A DNA stretch of 64,000 nucleotides from a virus. Taxonomy: Duplodnaviria; Caudoviricetes. Where the stretch lies: IMG/VR virus record IMGVR_UViG_3300020413_000003, positions 32,001-96,000 of that record; one strand, given 5' to 3'. The notes below the pieces were generated by a model. That model ran no database searches and was not told where the DNA came from. It was given only the letters and a program-made list of their open reading frames with translations. This document shows, piece by piece, positions 41,801 through 47,800 of this stretch (the first letter of the stretch is position 1; each line of letters opens with the position of its first letter). Both the position numbers and the translations under genes were made by a program.

Positions 41801-44800
41801 CACTGATCCTGCAGCTAAGCATGTAATGGAAGTTAAGACTAAGGATGATAATAGATTCGTAGTTAACGTTGGCAAGTCTCCACAAGACAAACGTTATGAT
41901 CACTTATTTGTTAGTGGTGATGCTAATTCTATTACTAAGTCTAAGTATGTAATTACAAATTGTTCTGACGTTTATACAACTACAAACAACTTAATTGATA
42001 TTCTTAGAGATACAATCACTCAGGCTGCTTTACCATCTCCTGTAGATCATCTTGCATCTATTACTGATCTTCTTCCAGTAGATGAATTTGTTGGTGGAAC
42101 AATTCATTCATATCTAGAAGTACCATTCAAAGTTACATACGAAGATGATGCTCAGGAAATGGTATACACAGATAGAATCGATGTATTCAGTCGTTACAGA
42201 TTCCGTGATGCTGCTAATTTAATTCGTCAGAACACAGGTGCTATTGTAGATAAAGCATCCTATGATATGTTAATTCGCTACCCTGCTCTTTATCAGGATA
42301 TGCCTAGAAACAATAATGGTGCATCTACAGATGGAATTGAGCGTTGTAAGACTGACCTTACACAGGTTTGTGGTGGACTTGCTAATGATATTGAAAATGG
42401 TGGTAATAAGAACGTTGTTGCTGCTGCAGGATTCTACATTGGTCAATTTAATGAAATACAACATATTAGATTACAGTTACTACAATCAATTTACGTTCAT
42501 AATCGTTTAGTATTCTACTTAAAGCAAGCAATAGATGGAAGTTTAACTACTGATAATACAGAAAATCTTATCGTTGGAGATTGGGGTATAACCAATGATG
42601 ATAGTGTAACAACTTATGATGTATACAATGCATCTTATGACGCAGGAACTGGTGATTTGGTAATGACTCTTGCATCAAACACTGGAACATTTAGTGTTAG
42701 TGGTGCAGTTTATAATCCAACATCAGGTGATCTAACACTTACAATCGGAACCCATACTTTAACAACTAATGATAAGGTTGGAATTGCTGAGGAATCATTA
42801 GTATTCACTTGTGATTATAATGGTAATGGTAATCAAACTCAGAAGAGATATCCTAGATCATTTGGTGCTGGTACAACAAATGGTGCTGACTATGCATATA
42901 ATCAATTCCTTGATATTACTCAGGTAAATCAGAGTGGTGGAACAATCACTGTTAACGTTAACGGTGGTCAGGGTGCAATTACAGATACCACAACTCATAA
43001 CTTTGTTGTTACTCCATCTGCTACAAATGCAGTTACTGTTGGTCATGGATTTACTGCAGGAGATAGTTTACAAATTGGTAATGAAGCATTGACATTCACA
43101 TGTTCAATGGATGGTAACGTTTCTAATAAGACATATCCTCGTGCAACAGATCCTGCATATGGTAAGGCACTTACAATTACAAGTGCTACTACAACAACTG
43201 TAACTGTTAATGTAGGAACTACTCCAGAAGTTAAGTATACTCCAACATTCGCAACATACACTGCTACAACTGGTGTGTTAGTTCTTACTATTGGCAACCA
43301 CAATTTAGAGGTTGGTCAACCAGTTAAGATTAATCAAGGTGCATTGAAGTTTACTTGTGCAATGGATGGAAATGAGTCTATTAAACCTTATCCAAGAACT
43401 AGTGATCCATTCTACAACAAACCTATTGATATTACTGCAACTACAGCAGATACTATTCAGTTAAACGTTGGGCAGAGTCCAATAGTTTTACATACAGTTT
43501 CTAATGCTACTTACGATCCTACTACAGGTGTAATGGTATTGACAATAGGATCTCACACTTTGACTGCTGGTACTAGCATTAAACTTGCTACTGAGTCATT
43601 AGTCTTTACTTGCACATTAGATGGTAATACAATTCAGAAATCATATCCTCGTGCTACTACTGCTAATACAGGAACTGGTGCTGACTATGCATACGATACT
43701 GCAATCAATATTGATTCTGCAGATACCGCAGCAGGAACTATTACTATCAACGTAAATGGTGGACAAGGTGCTATATCTGATACATCAGCACATACATTTG
43801 TTTCTGCTAATGCAGGTGCTGTAAGATCTGGTGGTGATTATGTTCATACATTCCATTCTGCAGATACAGAATCTATAATTGCTGGTGGTGAATATACTCA
43901 CGTATGGGCAGGTGGTACTGCTACAGATGCAGTTAGTGTTATCGGTGATTGTGCAGATGTTAAGAGTAATATCGAATCATTAATCAATACAGTTAATGAT
44001 ATTATCGCACCTACAGGTCTAGATTATGATACTGCAGGTAACAGACTTTACTTTAACAGAGAACTTCTTGCATCAGATGTAACTTCTAGAATGTTAACTG
44101 AGTTTACATATCAAGCAGGTCCTACAACATACTTTGCATTCCAATTTGATGGAAATAATATATCAGCAGCAGACTTCCAAGCAGATGTTGAGGTATTGAT
44201 TCAAAATCTAATATCTGATTTACAAACAGGTGGTAATAATAGTTCTATTAGAGCACTTCAAGAAGTGTATCTTAATTCTGATGGAACTCTTCATAGAATT
44301 GAAGATATGCTTATGCCAACTGTTTATGGTATGGAAGTTCTTAAGGAAGCAGGTAGAGAAGCAATTAGAAATAACGTATTCAATTCATCAGAAAATATTC
44401 CTTTCGGTGGATATGTAACAAACGCTGCTCAAGCAGCATTTAGAGATGATTTAGAGACTGTAGATATTGATCAAGTAATTGGAGATTGGAATAATCTTCT
44501 TGATCATGTAATTGAATTCTTCTCACCTGGCAAGAAAGAGGCTAGAAATGGTATGAAGAATATTCTTTATAATGTAAACTATTATAAGAATGAACTAAAC
44601 AACCTTGTTAATACTCAGTTTGGTAATGGTGCTTGGGTCTATAATGATTTCGTTGATGAGTTAGTTGGAAATATAGTTCAAGACTCCATCACAACTCCTA
44701 TAGATCATAAGACTACAGCAAGAAGAATAACTGTTACAAGTGTGAGTGGAGAATTTATAGTTGGTGAAGTTGTAACTGCTAATGGTGGTGGATACGCTCA

Positions 44801-47800
44801 GATTCTTGAATGGGATAGTAAAGACAGACATCTATATGTCGGACCTTTCCTTAGTGGTACAATTTCTGCAGGTGAGACTCTTACTGGTGGAACTCAAGGT
44901 GGTGGAACTATTCCAACTGGAGGAGTTGGTATTGCATTTGATTGGTATACACAACCATCAAACGTTGAAATTCTTAGAAATGCAAGATTAATTAGTTCTA
45001 CTGTTCAAGATCAATTAATAGGTGAAAACGTTGGTTATAATTATCCAGAAGATTTAAGTAGTGGTAATACACTTACCGAAATAACCATAGGTGCTGATAG
45101 TGCTGTTGCACCTGATAACGCAATTAGTGCTGATAAGATTATTGCTTCATCTACTGTTGGTGAACATTTAATACACAGAAATTATAGTTTAAATGCATTT
45201 GAAACATTTGACGGTGGCACAGTTAAGTTTGACTCATCAACAGAGACATTTGATACTGGACAAGTAGGAACTACTGAATCACAGCAATTTACTTATTCTG
45301 TATTCTTAAAGGCAGGTGAGTATAGTAAAGTTCGTTTCGAGATGGCTCTTGATAGAGATACTACTGAGAAACAGCAATTGTTCTATGATATTGATTTAAC
45401 AGATGGAAGTGTAGGTAGTATCTTCCAACCTCAAGGTGGTCTTACAGTAGATGGAACTGGAGTAATTCCTTATGGTGGAGGATGGTATAGAGCATACGGA
45501 ACAATTACATGTTCATTCGGTTTCTCTCAACTCCGTCAACAAATTCAAATTAAGAATGCTACTGGTCAAACTAGTTTTGCAGGTAATGCATCTGATGGTC
45601 TTTATGCATGGGGTCTAAAACTTACTAAAGGAACTATCGATCCTTATGCTGCTACAACTGGAGATGTATTCTACGCTGATACAGAATATAATATTAAGTC
45701 ATATACAATCGATAGATTGGAAGAATGGATATATGATGCATTGAAAGATCAACTTCTTAATCCTTCTCCTGAGTCAGGTTTTGTACCGTTCTTCAGTGAT
45801 AGTGCATCTACTTATTATCATCCAGATTCAATTCAAAGATTGGTAAGATATAGTTTAGAAATAATTCGTAATCAATTATTAAATAGCACTTACTATACTG
45901 ACATTGTTGTTCAAAATGCAATAGGTCTTCCAACTAAAGATTATGGAACATTTGATTTCCCTGTTGCTCTTGCAGGTGGTCTTGCAGGTGCTGACTACTT
46001 GTATGGTTTAGAAAGTGGATCATATGCTGAACTAGAAAAAGTTACTATGAACGAAGGTGAAATTGTTCAAGTATATCAAAGATTCCGTATTGATGCTAAT
46101 ATTGTTGATGGTCCTTACTTCATGAATGAAGTTGTTCAAAAACAAGGAGATTCAACAGTCACAGGTGTTGTTTATGCATTCTATGAAGATGAAAACTTTA
46201 AGTATCTTGATGTTGCAGTTACTGGTGGAACATGGACAGTATTAGATTATGTTGTTGGTGCAACTAACTCAACAACTGCACAGATTAATGCTATTGAAGA
46301 TAGAATACAAATCACTGGTCTTGAAGGAGAATTTGTTAATAATATTCCATTCAAGGGATATGACACAGGTGAAACTGCAATTCCAACTGGATTCTTAAAA
46401 GCACAAGCTGCTGTTCTTGACAATAGTGGTGGTAAATTAACTGTTGATACTGAGTCTCTAATAGGTAGTTTTGAAACATCTGCTGTAATATATCCTGAGC
46501 AATCTAAGTTATTCATGGATGTTGCCAGATATGAAGGGTTAGATGTATTAATCGGTTATAGAATTTCTTCTGCAGGACATACAAGAATTGGTATTACAAT
46601 TCAGAATAATAAAAATGTATTTGTAGTAGGTAATAAACTTAATAAGATTACTAATGGCATCATTGATATAAACAACTATGGTTATATTACTGAAGTTGAT
46701 CTTGATAATAACATTCTATACTACATCTTAGCAGCAGGAAATATTACTAATGGTGATCAAGTTGGTGATTTTGGTGTTGCTCCTGATCCACTCAATCCAT
46801 TAGGATATGCAGTAATTAATACTAAGTTAGATATTGCAGGAGCTGCTAGTGCAGTAATTCAAGACATCAAAGATGTTGGTGTTAACAAACGATTCTATCT
46901 AACAAATGTAACAGGAACATTTAGTGGTAGAGATGGAATCTTTGGTAAGGATAATTACAAGGCAGCAGTCATAACTAAGACTGATCTTAGAGGACGTGTT
47001 GAACGTGCATTCAGAGGATTTGATGGAACACAAACTAACTTTAAGTTAACCATCTCAAACGGAACCAAGTACTTCCCAGATCCTGCAGGACATATGTTGA
47101 TCTTCATCAACGGTGTTCTACAACCACCAGGTTCAGCAAATGCTTATACAGCATTCTCAGATAACATCCAGTTTACTGAAGCACCTGATCTTGGAGCATC
47201 ATTCACAGGATTCTATGTTGGTAAACTAAGACAATTAGATGATATATCTTTCGAGTTTGATTCATTACGTCAGTCATTCAACCTTAAGCGTGATGATGTA
47301 TTCTACTCATTGACACTAACTGATGGTGTTCAATCATCTACAATATTACCAGAGAACAATATCATTTGTTCATTGAACGGTGTTATACAGGAACCAGGCG
47401 TTGGTTTTGAATTGGTTGGTTCTAGAATAATCTTCTCTGAAATTCCTCGTGTTGGATCAACATTCGTTGCATTCTCATACGTTGGTTCTGAAGCGGACGT
47501 TGATGCTGCAGAAGTTGTACCACCAATAGAAGTGGGTGACTTCATTGATATACAAGGTGAGACTGAAGATAGACAGGTTGCTGTTATCGAATCTTCAAAC
47601 TCCTTAATTACATTTGATTATCTTGGATCTGTATTTGGACAGAATGCTCAGGCATCTGCTACTCTCACATCTGGAACTATTGATAAAGTTCAAGTTACAT
47701 CTGGTGGATCTGGTTACACAACTAGACCAAATGTAAGAGTTGACTCCATATCTGGATTTGATGGAAACATTCGTGCACTAATTGGTGTAGCAGGTGTTGA

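Noticed and set aside
37125-43940. Inteins, introns or a diversity-generating retroelement as the cause of the nested repeats
   Set aside because: No intein splice-junction motifs (C...HN), homing nuclease, frame breaks, reverse transcriptase or adenine-specific TR/VR pair was seen.
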